A DNA stretch of 64,000 bases from the NCBI RefSeq assembly GCF_023055435.1, contig NW_025963879.1:19096001-19160000 (forward strand). Reading direction: 5' to 3'. Made by a program: the position numbers and the translations under genes. Shown piece by piece: positions 37,314-49,739 of this stretch. Under the pieces are notes generated by a model, which ran no database searches, was not told where the DNA came from, and was given only the letters and a program-made list of their open reading frames with translations. Numbering within the stretch: the first letter of the stretch is position 1; every line of letters starts with the position of its first letter. Source of the stretch: Haliotis rufescens. Lineage: Eukaryota.

Positions 37314-38689
37314 ATGTGTAGTGTTTATGTTGTTCCTCCATGGTCTGTTTTATTCCAGGTGTGCCAAGGCCTCCTGTAAAGGACTAGGGAGACAACATCA
37401 AGTATGACTTTACCATGACATTTTAGATTCCTGCATGCATTCAGTACCTGAAAAGTTTTGTTTCGCGTTCAGTTTCAAATGAAGTTTACGGGTATCAAAT
37501 TTATATTTGAAACCACGAAATGGAAAACACACTAAGTTCATCTCCCAATTTTAAATCAACACCAACAGGACACTAAGATGCACAAACAGTCAGGTCAGAA
37601 TCACTCTGATCCTCTTATTTGATTTGATCTCGCAGCTAGCACCTCAAGGGACCTTTTCTGTCTGTAATCACTGCAGGGATACAAGCATTAGGTGCCTGAG
37701 GCTTAATTGTCTCCAGAATCCTCTGGGGTTGGAAAGTGGATTTTGTTGCACAGCATGGGGTTTGTCGAACCAAAACTCATTCACTTTTTCGAACTCACCT
37801 AATATTAACCACATACCATTAGTAATTCAGGAGAGTAGGTAATGTTTTGCTTCACTTAGTGACAAATATCTTGAGTATCTTAGCAATCATCACATTCTAA
37901 GTGATACCTTATTATGCTTTTATCTTGAGTATTATGTGTTCTTAAAGGGCCAATACATTGCCGGTTATGAGTGTATTTTTAATTGAGGCATGACATTTTT
38001 TGCTGGATGTGATGTCACACCTTTAGTTCATATGTTTTCAATTCTGAAAACAAAACAGTAGAGCTCCGCACAGTGAAGCAGACAACCCAAGCGATGCACA
38101 GAATAAAGTGGCTTCGGTCATGTTCTTATTAGAGGCAAATTGAAGAGAAAGCTTGTGTGTTTTTCTTGCGGATGAGTTACAAAATACTAAATGCCAGCTT
38201 GATTGTATTAGAAGCCAGTGTTTATCAGAGCCTATATTGCAATATAAATGCCGCCACAATATGAAGCTAATCATGTTGCAGATTCCTTGGAAAGAGGGGC
38301 TTCTTGACCTGCTAATGAACCTACTCCCTTGGTGTGGTCACTGGAGGAGAATATAGAATAAGGCAGAGCAGAGTAAACTCAGGGGTGGGGGTGTTATGAA
38401 CCTGACTTCAGAACAGTGGATGTACTGGCCCTGAAAAGAAATTCTTGCAGTTAAAAGTGCTTCGTGTTCCTCTGCAATGGAGGGTGTTGTGATTACCACA
38501 GACATCAGCAGTTTTTGTAATGATCGAAGTACCTGTTCATGCTCTCACAAGAAGTGCCCTGCATGAATGTAGTGTGTAATGTGGGGCATAATTCTGACAA
38601 CAGAACAAGGGAAAATAAGGAATGGGTCAAGTTTTTCTGTCAGGTTTGATCTCAGAGACTTTTTCGAAATGTCCACTAAACAAACAGTC

Positions 38690-39045
38690 AGTCATGAAAT
38701 AATAATTATTTGAAAATCAAAAGCAGGCCCTCCTGAAGACAAAAGATTCGTCATAAAATAATAATTGTTTGAAAATCACATGCAGGTGTTCCTGAAGACA
38801 AAAGATTAGTCATAAAATAATAATTGTTTGAAAATCACATGCAGGCGTTCCTGAAGACAAAAGATTCGTCATAAAATGATAATTGTTTGAAAATCACATG
38901 CAGGCGTTCCTGAAGACAAAAGATTCGTCATAAAATGATAATTGTTTGAAAATCACATGTAGGCCCTCCTGAAGACAAAAGACTCATCATAAAATGATAA
39001 TTGTTTGAAAATCACATGCAGGCGTTCGAGAAAACAAATAGTCAT
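38690..39045. repeat. 59-bp minisatellite, ~6 copies
   Basis: Unit TCATAAAATAATAATTGTTTGAAAATCACATGCAGGCGTTCCTGAAGACAAAAGATTCG; starts at 38751 and 38810. Confidence 0.95.
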
Positions 39046-40015
39046 TGAGATTATTATATGAGCATGTGTGTCATACTGATTTAACGGAATGAGTGGCAGA
39101 ATTCTTGTATTTCCCAAGCAATAGCGAGTTTTGTAGTGAGTGTGTGAGTGTAATGAGTTCTTTTTTACCCATTATTTATTTATCATTTTGAGCTCCCTTT
39201 AGAAAAATGCACTTATTATGACTGTCGTCTTAGAAAACCATGTCAAATGACGTCAACAATCTAAAGCGTGATGTCTAATATTGTGATGTCATTGCGACCT
39301 TACGTTACAATATGATTCGAATGTGTCAACAATGTCGTCCGGATGCCGCAAACAATACACTGGCATGCGTGAAGTGATATGTGCATACGATTTTTATGAA
39401 CTCTGTTATTTCTAACCTTATGGGTAATAAAGTCCCTTATCACACCCACGAGGAATCTGCTTTCAGAATTATCCTTCAGTTTCCACAACAGTGACTAAGA
39501 TGGTGGTCAGGTACTTTAGGCAGCTGAGAACAGTCTGCTTGTTACAGTAATGTGACCACTTGGGGAAACTCAGTACAGCAGAAGTGTGACGCTGTACCCT
39601 CGTGTCATCAGCTGCAGTGTGTGAGCACCAATGGAAATTACAGTATAGCCTCTGTGAACTATGGCTGATGGAGGTGTGAATTCCCCAGTCAAACACTTCC
39701 ACAGATAGAACAATACGAAGTGATCACACCATTGGGGATTGATTGCGTTTAATGTCAGACTTTGTGTCCTTAGAAGATCTTGATAAGGAACTACACGTAA
39801 GTCTAAATATAACCACGCCTTTGGATCTCAAAAACCACTGTGTTAAACAAAAGACTCATTTGAATATAAGAGCTATTTGAACAACACCGTTCATCAACAT
39901 TCTGGGTAAAGGTTATCAATGTTTATACTCTGGGGGTTCCAGATCAGAATTTCATGCTTGTTGAAGGAGGTGAACAAAATGCCTGGCATTGCACCTGCCC
40001 TCAGTTTTTCAGGTA

Positions 40016-41347
40016 CCGTATTCGACGTAATAAGCGCCCACGGTGATATTTGCTAATATATTGGCTAGTGAACAATCCCAATTAGCACCCCTTCCGATTG
40101 ATCCATGTATAAAAGACTTATTTATTTACGTATAATACACACTCGTATGCTATATGCACCCTTAATTATGGGCAATTAACTTCTGGAAAAATATATCTGT
40201 TGTACCGTATATCGCTGTGTATAAGGCGAGTTTTTCGTACCTAAAATGAGGGGGCTAAGAAGGGGGGTCGTCTTATACACGGAGTCGAAGATCTCACATT
40301 TTTTTCCACTGGCGATGTCAACCAGCGTCCGATAGCCAGCCCAGCATTTGACAATAAAACTTCGCATTTCGTCCTAAATAACTGTTCCAATAACTATTTC
40401 CATACATAAACATGATTTGTATCTCTTTTCCTTGAATAAAGTTTAATAATTTCTGCAAATAAAGTTGAAATGACCCTCTCCTCGATGCAGATTGTCAAAC
40501 CAGCTGACACGGTAAAACAATCAACATCCGTGAGTAGAGAGCCGGAAGTACCGGTAATCATTTGCATATTGCACATGTGACCTAACATGGGATAACCGGT
40601 GAAGCTGAAATCAATTCCCGCTGTTTTTACAGTTGTATTAACAAGTGTTGGAGACGGTGTGTACAAGTGATTGTGGAATAAACACGCTGAATGCGAAGCA
40701 AACATAAGCCTAGTTAGTTACAACATAGTTAATTGGCGATTAAATTACTCACCATTGTCTCTTATATGTTATTACTTCATAAATGAATTTTATTTTACGG
40801 GCACCAATTTGGTGTCGTACCGTGTAAACACAAAATGGCGACGTGTGCCGGAGTTACACACGCGACCTATCATTGTAGAAAAAAAACAACGCAAGATAAA
40901 CATATTTTTATTGCATATATAAGGTTTGTGTGCGCACTTGTGATGTGTGCGAAATACGCATCAGTCGGAAAGCGCACATTAAATCTCCAAAGTAACTAAC
41001 TAACTAATTTGTGATGTCCGTGTGCGAAATACACTACAGTCGGCAAGAGCACGTTAAATCTTCTACCGGTATATCAGTCAGACTTGTGATGTGTTTCATT
41101 CCAGGTCGCCTTATACACGGAGTATAGGATTTTGGGTTGATTTTTAAGGCGTGTACAGGGGGGTCGTCTTATACGTGGGGTCGCCTTATACACAGCGATA
41201 TACGGTATATAAACATTTCAGGCTGTCAGCATAAACCACAAAATTTATCTTTCAACTCTGTTATTTTTTTACCAAAATAATATTCTAATAAGAGCCCCCT
41301 ATTTCTAATTTTGAGAGCGCCCTGGGCACTTATTACACCGAATACCG
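40016..41347. mobile_element. Tc2-like MITE family A, split by element B
   Basis: TA|CCGTATTCGACGTAATAAG...CTTATTACACCGAATACCG|TA. The halves rejoin to match 11268-11586. Confidence 0.88.
40205..41205. mobile_element. Tc2-like non-autonomous element B (copy 2), 1001 bp
   Basis: Perfect 25-bp TIR CCGTATATCGCTGTGTATAAGGCGA. TA duplication is confirmed against the empty site (GTTGTATATAAAC at ~11451). Confidence 0.93.
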
Positions 41348-41391
41348 TAATACAATTAACCAACAAGCTTGCAGGAATTACACATTATTTA

Positions 41392-41658
41392 GAGTGAGTG
41401 AGTGGATTGGGTTTAACACCACTTTGAACAGTATTCCAGTTCTATCATGGCATGTCAACTTGTGGAGGAAAGCCCAATGTGATGCAGATCTCAGTTTACC
41501 ACTTTGGGGAAGCAAACAAGCATGGGTAGGGGATGACAAACCTAGAAACACAATCAGGGCAAGCCAGGATGCCAACCCACAATCAGGGCTTTCCGTCAGG
41601 CCCAAGGGAACTCTGCACATCAATGGCAGTGCCTTAGATGACCAGGCCACCATGCCCC
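41392..41658 (-). mobile_element. SINE family B, diverged
   Basis: Reverse complement is colinear with 9502-9782. Confidence 0.85.
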
Positions 41659-42884
41659 AGTTGTTTGGAGTGAATGAATGCTGAAGGCCTCTGGCTATTG
41701 GAGAAGGATTTTCAGCATTCATTCATCAGGAATGGATAGTACATCATTCTGAGTTTCCAGTAGGTTAGTCCACATATTCATCATAATTGTCAGAGAGAAA
41801 ATGAAGACAAATGTATAAAATGTCAATCTGACAGAGAAACTTACCTGAAGTCTACCAATTATTTAGATGATGTAACATTGTCCATTTGTGATGTCATATG
41901 AACAATGGATGATGTCATATGCATTGTTCTCAACAATGAAGCTTATATTTTGCTTCAATTGACCAATCAACATTCAGAATTACAAATATGCAAATTTGTA
42001 AATATCAGAAAGTTATTACACTCAATTGGTCTACCATTAAGGGTGATATTGAATATTTCCTGAAGTTAGCAAAGGATAATGTATTCAAACATGAAAATTA
42101 TTTTTGTTGATGGTAAAATATGTTTTGTGTGGAATATTGTTTTGATTCCTGGAAAGTGAGTCAGTGAGCAGGGTTAAGCGCCATGTTGAACACTGTTTCA
42201 GTTGTATTATGGCCTGTCAGTGTGATGTGGGAGGAACTCCCGAAAGTGATGAAGGCTTCAAACATTTGCCACTAAGGTGAAATCGACAAGCACTGGTTTT
42301 CTTTGGACAAATCAAGATTTAACCAGGGCAAATTTGGGATTTGAACCGGCAGTGATAGGATTCTGACACACCAAGGGACACAATTCTGTAGAGCAACCTG
42401 CTGCCTGAGGTACCTTGGCCACCTGTGCCCACTATAACATGATAAGTTCCACACAATCATCAATCATTAGCTCTGATATTTCTAACAGGTTGGACAAGGT
42501 CATCCTGAACCAGATACCTGGCTGTCAAATGTAAACCCACTGCTGATACTGTTAATTTTGTTCCATTTTGATCCTGTGTGTAATTGGTGAACAGTATCCT
42601 CGTTATTTTCTGACATTTAATTAGTGATGGAAAGACAGGATGTATTGATTGACCACAACAGGAAGTGAGGCTACAGGACACCTGCGGCAGACATTGCAGG
42701 TGTCAGTACCATCTGCATGCAAATATTCATTATCAGAAGGGATGACGAGAGCAATGAGGTGGACTTGTGACCTTGACATTGTAGACATTGCATGGAACTG
42801 AGTTTTGATAATAAGAAAGTACCGTATTTTCTCAAATAGTCACCAAACTTCCCAAAGACACCAGGCCTCAAATAGATGCCAGGT

Positions 42885-44500
42885 TTCAACAGACACTGGG
42901 CCTCCAGTAGACACCAGACATCCAGTAGACACAACGCCAATAATAGACACCAGGCCCCCAATAGACACCAGGCCTCCACTAGACACCAGGCCTCCAGTAG
43001 ACACCAGGCCTTCAGTAGACACCAGCCCTCCAGTAGACACCAGGCCTCCAGTAGACACCAGGCCCTCCAATAGACACAAGGCCTATAATAGACACAAGGC
43101 CTATAATAGACACCAGGCCTCCAGTAGACACCAGGCCCTCCAATAGACACAAGGCCTATAATAGACACCAGTCCTCCAATAGACACCAGGCCTCCAGTAG
43201 ACACCAGCCCTCCGGTAGACACCAGGCCTCCAATAGACACAAGGCCTATAATAGACACCAGTCCTCCAATAGACACCAGGCCTCCAGTAGACACCAGCCC
43301 TCCGGTAGACACCAGGCCTCCAGTAGACACCAGCCCTCCAGTAGACACAAGGCCTCCAGTAGACACCAGCCCTCCAGTAGACACCAGCCCTCCAGTAGAC
43401 ACCAGGCCTCCAGTAGACACCAGCCCTCCAGTAGACACCAGCCCTCCAGTAGACACCAGGCCTCCAGTAGACACCAGCCCTCCGGTAGACACCAGGCCTC
43501 CAGTAGACACCAGCCCTCCAGTAGACACAAGGCCTCCAGTAGACACCAGGCCTCCAGTAGACACCAGCCCTCCAGTAGACACCAGGCCTCCGGTAGACAC
43601 CAGGCCTCAAGTAGACACCAGCCCTCCAGTAGACACCAGCCCTCCGGTAGACACCAGGCCTCCAGTAGACACCAGCCCTCCGGTAGACACCAGGCCTCCA
43701 GTAGACACCAGCCCTCCAGTAGACACCAGGCCTCCAGTAGACACCAGCCCTCCAGTAGACACAATGCCTATAATAGACACCAGTCCTTCAGTAGACACCA
43801 GCCCTCCAGTAGACACCAGGCCTCCAGTAGACACCAGCCCTCCAGTAGACACAAGGCCTATAATAGACACCAGGCCTTCAGTAGACACCAGCCCTCCAGT
43901 AGACACCAGGCCTCCAATAGACACCAGGCCTCCAGTAGACACCAGGCCTCCAGTAGACACAAGGCCTATAATAGACACCAGCCCTCCAGTAGACACCAGC
44001 CCTCCAGTAGACACCAGCCCTCCAGTAGACACCAGGCCTCCAATAGACACCAGGCCTCCAGTAGACACCAGGCCTCCAGTAGACACCAGGCCTCCAGTAG
44101 ACACCAGCCCTCCGGTAGACACAAGGCCTATAATAGACACCAGTCCTTCAGTAGACACCAGCCCTCCAGTAGACACCAGGCCTCCAGTAGACACCAGCCC
44201 TCCAGTAGACACAAGGCCTATAATACACACCAGGCCTTCAGTAGACACCAGCCCTCCAGTAGACACCAGGCCTCCGGTAGACACCAGCCCTCCAGTAGAC
44301 ACAAGGCCTATAATAGACACCAGTCCTCCAATAGACACCAGGCCTCCAGTAGACACCAGGCCTTCAGTAGACACCAGCCCTCCAGTAGACACCAGCCCTC
44401 CAGTAGACACCAGTCCTCCAATAGACACCAGCCCTCCAATAGACACCAGGCCTTCAGTAGACACCAGCCCTCCAGTAGACACCAGTCCTCCAATAGACAC
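42885..44500. repeat. 18-bp minisatellite, ~89 copies
   Basis: Unit AGTAGACACCAG(G/C)CCTCC with variants. Confidence 0.97.
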
Positions 44501-44503
44501 CTG

Positions 44504-44610
44504 GGCCCACTTGCATAAAGCGATCTTAGCGCTACAACTATTGTAAGCCTATGTTAAAGTATGGGAGTTAGGATCATCTTAGTGCTAAGATCGCTTTGTG
44601 CAAGTGGGCC
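44504..44610. mobile_element. PIF/Harbinger-like hairpin MITE, 107 bp
   Basis: ~30-bp TIR GGCCCACTTGCATAAAGCGATCTTAGCGCT, CTG/CAG flanks; sister copy at 62922-63028. Confidence 0.85.
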
Positions 44611-45269
44611 CAGGTCTCCAATTGATGCCATACCTATATTAAACGCTCCAAGGGGTGCCATGTCAAAAACAACATGTAGACAAGAGGGATAGATAGTCTA
44701 ATACACTCTTGGTTTCTAATAGATGCCAAGTGCAACTGTTGATGAATATTCCCTATTTAGACACCATGAAGAATTATCCCAGGGCCTTAGTGAAGAAATA
44801 TAGTTTGGGTTATGAAAAATCCAGGTTATAATGATGTCCCCCAAATACATACCAGAAGTACCTGTGATAAGAAATATGTTTCCTTAATTGAGTTTCTATT
44901 TTTATTAATGAAACTGACTTAATGGATTCTTGATGTCTTTAATCACCAGATACGGTCTCAGAAAAGGGACATTGGCTTGATGTGCAGGTCACTTTAGCTG
45001 CTGGGGATGTGGGTGGCCCTGTCAACTACGGTGCCATCATTTGCTGTGCAAACTTGCACCTTCGACCAAGGAATGTTACCACCAAGTCTCTCGCAGACAT
45101 GGGGAGGGGGGCAGTGATCTAATACTTCGCAATTTACTATGTAGAGGCAGGTCCCGTCATATCTGTGCTTGGATCTTCCGATAACTGATTTGAATCCGAG
45201 ATTTGCCGGGATTATCATCTTTAGTTTGTCAGATCTGTACTTTTGTTCAATAGTTTCACAAGAGTTGTA

Positions 45270-45621
45270 GACCGTCTCCTTGGTCTAGTGGTAGAGCGTC
45301 CGCCTGAAGAGCGGCAGGCCCGGGGTTCGATCCCCGACCGTGTCATACCAAAAGACGTTAAAAGATGGTACTTGTTGTTACCCTGTCTGGCGCTCGGCAT
45401 TAAGGGGCTAAAACAAGGACTGGTCGGCTCGGAGTCAGTATACTGTGTCTGAGTGGGGTATTCATGTTAAACTGCGGCATGGTATCTCAGTGAGCTAGCA
45501 CTATAAATCGGCATCAGTCCGGGCTAGTACAAGCAGCCACACACACACATACACGTGCATGCATGTCGCTATATAAGTGCAATAATCTTGGACGCGACGT
45601 TAAACCCAATTTCACCTCACC
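45270..45621 (+). mobile_element. SINE family D (tRNA head plus Meta-like central domain)
   Basis: A box TGGTCTAGTGG, B box GGTTCGATCCCC, then GTCATACCAAAAGACGTTAAAAGATGGTACTTG...GGCATTAAGGG. Perfect 14-bp TSD TCACAAGAGTTGTA at 45256-45269 and 45622-45635. Confidence 0.92.
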
Positions 45622-47456
45622 TCACAAGAGTTGTATGAAGCCTTTGAGCTGTCACTTTGAGGTTTCCACCATCATAAAGATGGCATGCTGGGTTACAACT
45701 AAAGCACTGTCAAAAATGGTGTTAAACACAATTCACCAACTCACTTGCAGGCTGTTTCTCGGGGTTTTGCCTTTACTTATGAAAGGGACCCTGAATAGTT
45801 ACTTTTAAGGGTCCTTGCAGGCAATATGAGGGTCCTGTTAAGTAATTTAATGGGGTAGTGTACTGTACGTTTTGATCACATTGGAGCCATGGAATGAATC
45901 AATGATCATGTGGTCATGATTGATGGATGAAATGACAGACTCCCATAACTGCTCTTGATGCGCTGGAGATACAGTGAATATTATTGTGTGTCCCTTGGTA
46001 TGCAGCATATTCCTTTTCTGCTTCCAATCTCAACATTTGTGCAGATTGGACTCACTCTTGTGTGTTGTTTAAAACCCTGTTACTAATGCCCATCTGGTGT
46101 ATAATAGCTCAAATTTTTAGACTTATCCTATCGTGTATTTAAATTTTATATATAAAAAACAAAAAAAACAAAAATATTCTGTGTTAGAGTATATCCTCCG
46201 AACACCAAAGCAACAGAATTGAGAATAAGGGTGCTGGATAAGTCAGGTGATCAGGTCGCAAGGGATTCTTTTTGCGTGAACAATGATCACAGTGGTGATT
46301 TGGTGATGTTTGGGATGTGTTGGGGTGATTGGTGTTTTTTGAAGCTGGAAACTTTTTTCATGGACGTGTCCACACCAAGATCGAAGAATATGAAGAATGC
46401 ATAGTGTGAGATAGGATAAGTATATAAATATACAATTTATTAGAAAATTTACCAATTTATGTTTCTTGCTGAGATGTCAGACAAATGTGAAATTGGTGAA
46501 AGATACAGTTTTGCTGAGGGACTTGAATAGTTCTAGCATCAACTCCTTTGATGAAAACAAAAACAAATATTCCATGTTGCTGTTACAACGAAAGCTTTTA
46601 ACTTTCTCTTCATCACACAAAATAGAGGGCATTTAACTTGAATGTGAAGATTCCTCTTTATGATAAAAATAAATTGCCACTTCAGATAGAAAATTAAACT
46701 TTTTTATTCATTTAGAAATTATTCCAAAGCACTTTTGTGAAATGTTGATATTCATTTACCACATTCATTCGGATATTGATATCCTCATGTACTAGCAGTA
46801 TTCTTATAACTAAGAAAAGGAAATCTTTCAAGATATTTCTTTTTAGGAATAACCTTTGGGGAAAAAACATCCTATTTGCATCTTTTCCATCATCAAATCT
46901 TGTTAATTGACAATGCTAAGCTGCTGTCTGTGTGTGTTCTAACAAGTTAAATATTTGCTCAAGAATTACACTGGCTTCCAATAATGTTTTAGAGAACTCA
47001 ACATTATGTCCATCAGATTCCTTCTTAGAATTCACAATAATGATTATGGATATTTATAAAAATGTCTTATCACCTTGACATGGTCCAAAGAATATATTTA
47101 GAAATAACAAACACATTGATTTTGTTTTATTTGCTAAAGAAATTAGGAACTAATTGGTAAAAAAACCCACCTGAATATACAATTATGTGTATCATGAATG
47201 AGTCTTTGAATCTAACTTTAAGATAAGGCTTCACATTTTTTGGGGCTTGTTATTCTGATCCTGGAATCTTAAAATTCAGGGAAAAAATACAATCAGAATG
47301 ACAAATAATTATATCATACAGCTGTCAGTGAAGATTAAAATGACAATGACATTTTAGATTTAAAATATTTATAAGGACCCAAACCAGGTTACTATATTTT
47401 TGTCACCTACCAATCCAATCAAACTCTAAAAAGATATTAAAAAGCCCTGCTACAAT

Positions 47457-47913
47457 CAGTGTCTGAAACTCAGCAGAGTATACTGGGAGCCTAAAGGACC
47501 AGCACATTTAAAAAACTGGAGGCCCAGTGGAAAAACTGTAGGCCCAAACATTTTAGCTGAAGCAGGGATAAATACTCTGACTATATAAATTACAAAACAC
47601 AACCAGTCAACTAGAAACTTTTACTACTATCATACTGAGTGCCCAGAGACTATGGTGATAGATGAAGCTGACATTTATTAGAAAATTATCAGCTTGTAAA
47701 ACATCTTTGCGACTACATGTCATATACCATTTGAAAGGTCTAATCCTACTGTTTATAAAAATGAACGTTATTTTTATCACATTACTAAACTAATGCTTAA
47801 TATATAATTACGTAAACTACAGGCCATTAGGGCCTGCTGAACTTTAAGACTGTCAGCCAGAGAACAAATCTGCCAGCGATGGGCCTACAGGCCGATGTCT
47901 ATTTCGAACACTG
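47457..47913. mobile_element. hAT-like MITE
   Basis: CAGTGTCTGAAA...TTTCGAACACTG TIRs; 8-bp TSD (G/A)CTACAAT. Confidence 0.82.
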
Positions 47914-49097
47914 ACTACAATGCATTTGATCTTTTTAACCTACCGACCAAATAAAAGGTTCACATCAAAATCCATCTAAAAAGTTAAAAAGATAAAATCT
48001 GGAATGAGGATAGGCCATGTGTTTGTTTGGCTAATTCTTTGGTTGACTTGTACAAACAGCGCCAGGAGAGATATTGATACATTAAGGGTAAGGGTTGACT
48101 GAAGGCAAAGAGTGACATTTGTGAAAATGTAAAAGTTTACAGGGAAACGTCATTAAATTGTACTCCATTTTCTCTAATATGATGATGTCTTTTCATATGG
48201 TCTCAGCAGAATATGTCTGTATCTGCATCAGGCCGATGCGTGTCCATGATCTGTGATCACCAGAAAGCGAATTTGATGATCTGTGGGTCCCCAGGGTTTC
48301 GCTGTGTAAGAATTCAAAGTAAGATTTCGAAATTTCCATATGATTGAAATTTTGAATATAATCACTCAAATAGATTACAAGGATAAGTCCCTATATACAA
48401 TGAACATGTTTTATAACCCGATAGTGTTATAAGAGGATTGAATTTCATAATTCAGTGTGGATTTCTTGATATGATATTTCTTGTATTATCTGGTTAGGGT
48501 AATCTCTTTGTGATGGGGGAAAACACATCAAAACCAAGGGCTTGATTTAACTTCAACCTAAGAATAAAACAAATGAATCTCTGTTTTGACGTGATATGTT
48601 GGGTAAGACGTCATACGAGCGTCTTTTGATATCAAATATAGCAACACGAGTTGATTAAAGTTTAATACTCGGAGGCTTGCTGAGGAGTTTCAAACTTTCA
48701 TTGCCATTCATCCCAAATCATTCTTCCAACTTTTCAGTTTGAAAACAGTAATAACCAGCATCTTGAATGTAAAAAGTATAGCTTAGTAATCAGCTTCAGT
48801 GACAGAGAGATTTTTGATGTCACTTGGTTGTGTCATCTGTGAACTGATGCAAAGCCAACTTCAGCTATCTCCTGTGGAATCCAGTTTTGGATGATAATTT
48901 CCCAAATGCCATAAATAAGACAATCTCCAACAGATTAGAGACTTGGAGTCCTATACCACTTAAATTCTGATCACAATTTTGAGTTCATCCAGAGAATCCA
49001 GGTATCTTATAGACTTCATGCAAGTTCTTATTCCTTATTCCTATTCTAAGAGGAGAATGGCATGATTTAACAGTCTTAAACCACAGCATTTGTTTCA

Positions 49098-49366
49098 GAT
49101 GGCCCAGTTATCTAAGGTACTGCAATTTCACTGTGCAGAGTTGCATCCCTTTGGCATGCCAGAAATCTATGATTTGAATCCCGGTTTGCCCCAACTTAGT
49201 TTCTAGGTTTGTCAGCACCATATCAGCGCCAGTGGGTTTCACCAAAATGGCAAATGTCTGGGACCTTCATTTCTTCAAGCTTTCCTCCCACATCATGCTG
49301 ACATGCTGTGTGATGTTACTGGAATACTGTTCAAGGCAGCGTTCAACCCAATTCACTCACTCACTC
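49098..49366 (+). mobile_element. SINE family B, diverged
   Basis: Colinear with 9502-9782. Confidence 0.85.
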
Positions 49367-49739
49367 AGACGGTCCTAAGCAACACCATATATGTACATAG
49401 CATAAAACAGACATCTGGAACACAAATAGTGTTTCAATTTCAGGTTTAGGAATCATTTTGCCCATAAAATCAGGTGGAAAAAGTCTTAAAAGCAACAAAA
49501 TTTCACGAACTCATTCATTTTTTCAATTGAATGGAACAGAGAATCAGGCTGGCTCAGAAATCCATAAAATGAGACAGTTTGCTACAGTTGGAAGCCTTAC
49601 AGAGTCAAATATAAACCATTCAACTTTGGCTGGGGATACTGTGTTATTTCATGCTGTAGCAACAACTTGCTTTAATGTGTAGTGGTTAATTTTAACTTGA
49701 ACAAAGCTGAAAATGTGTCAGTTGCAGTATCAAATACTA

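Noticed and set aside
37359-37401. Possible 43-nt micro-exon (TTTTATTCCAG...GTATGA)
   Set aside because: Such motif pairs are expected by chance in 64 kb; the peptide is uninformative without RNA-seq.
42671-44546. Long ORFs (309, 297 and 260 aa; VSTGGL and VDTRPP repeats)
   Set aside because: They arise from an 18-bp unit that is stop-free in several frames on both strands. 19-bp units shift the frame, and there is no unique coding flank or splice context.
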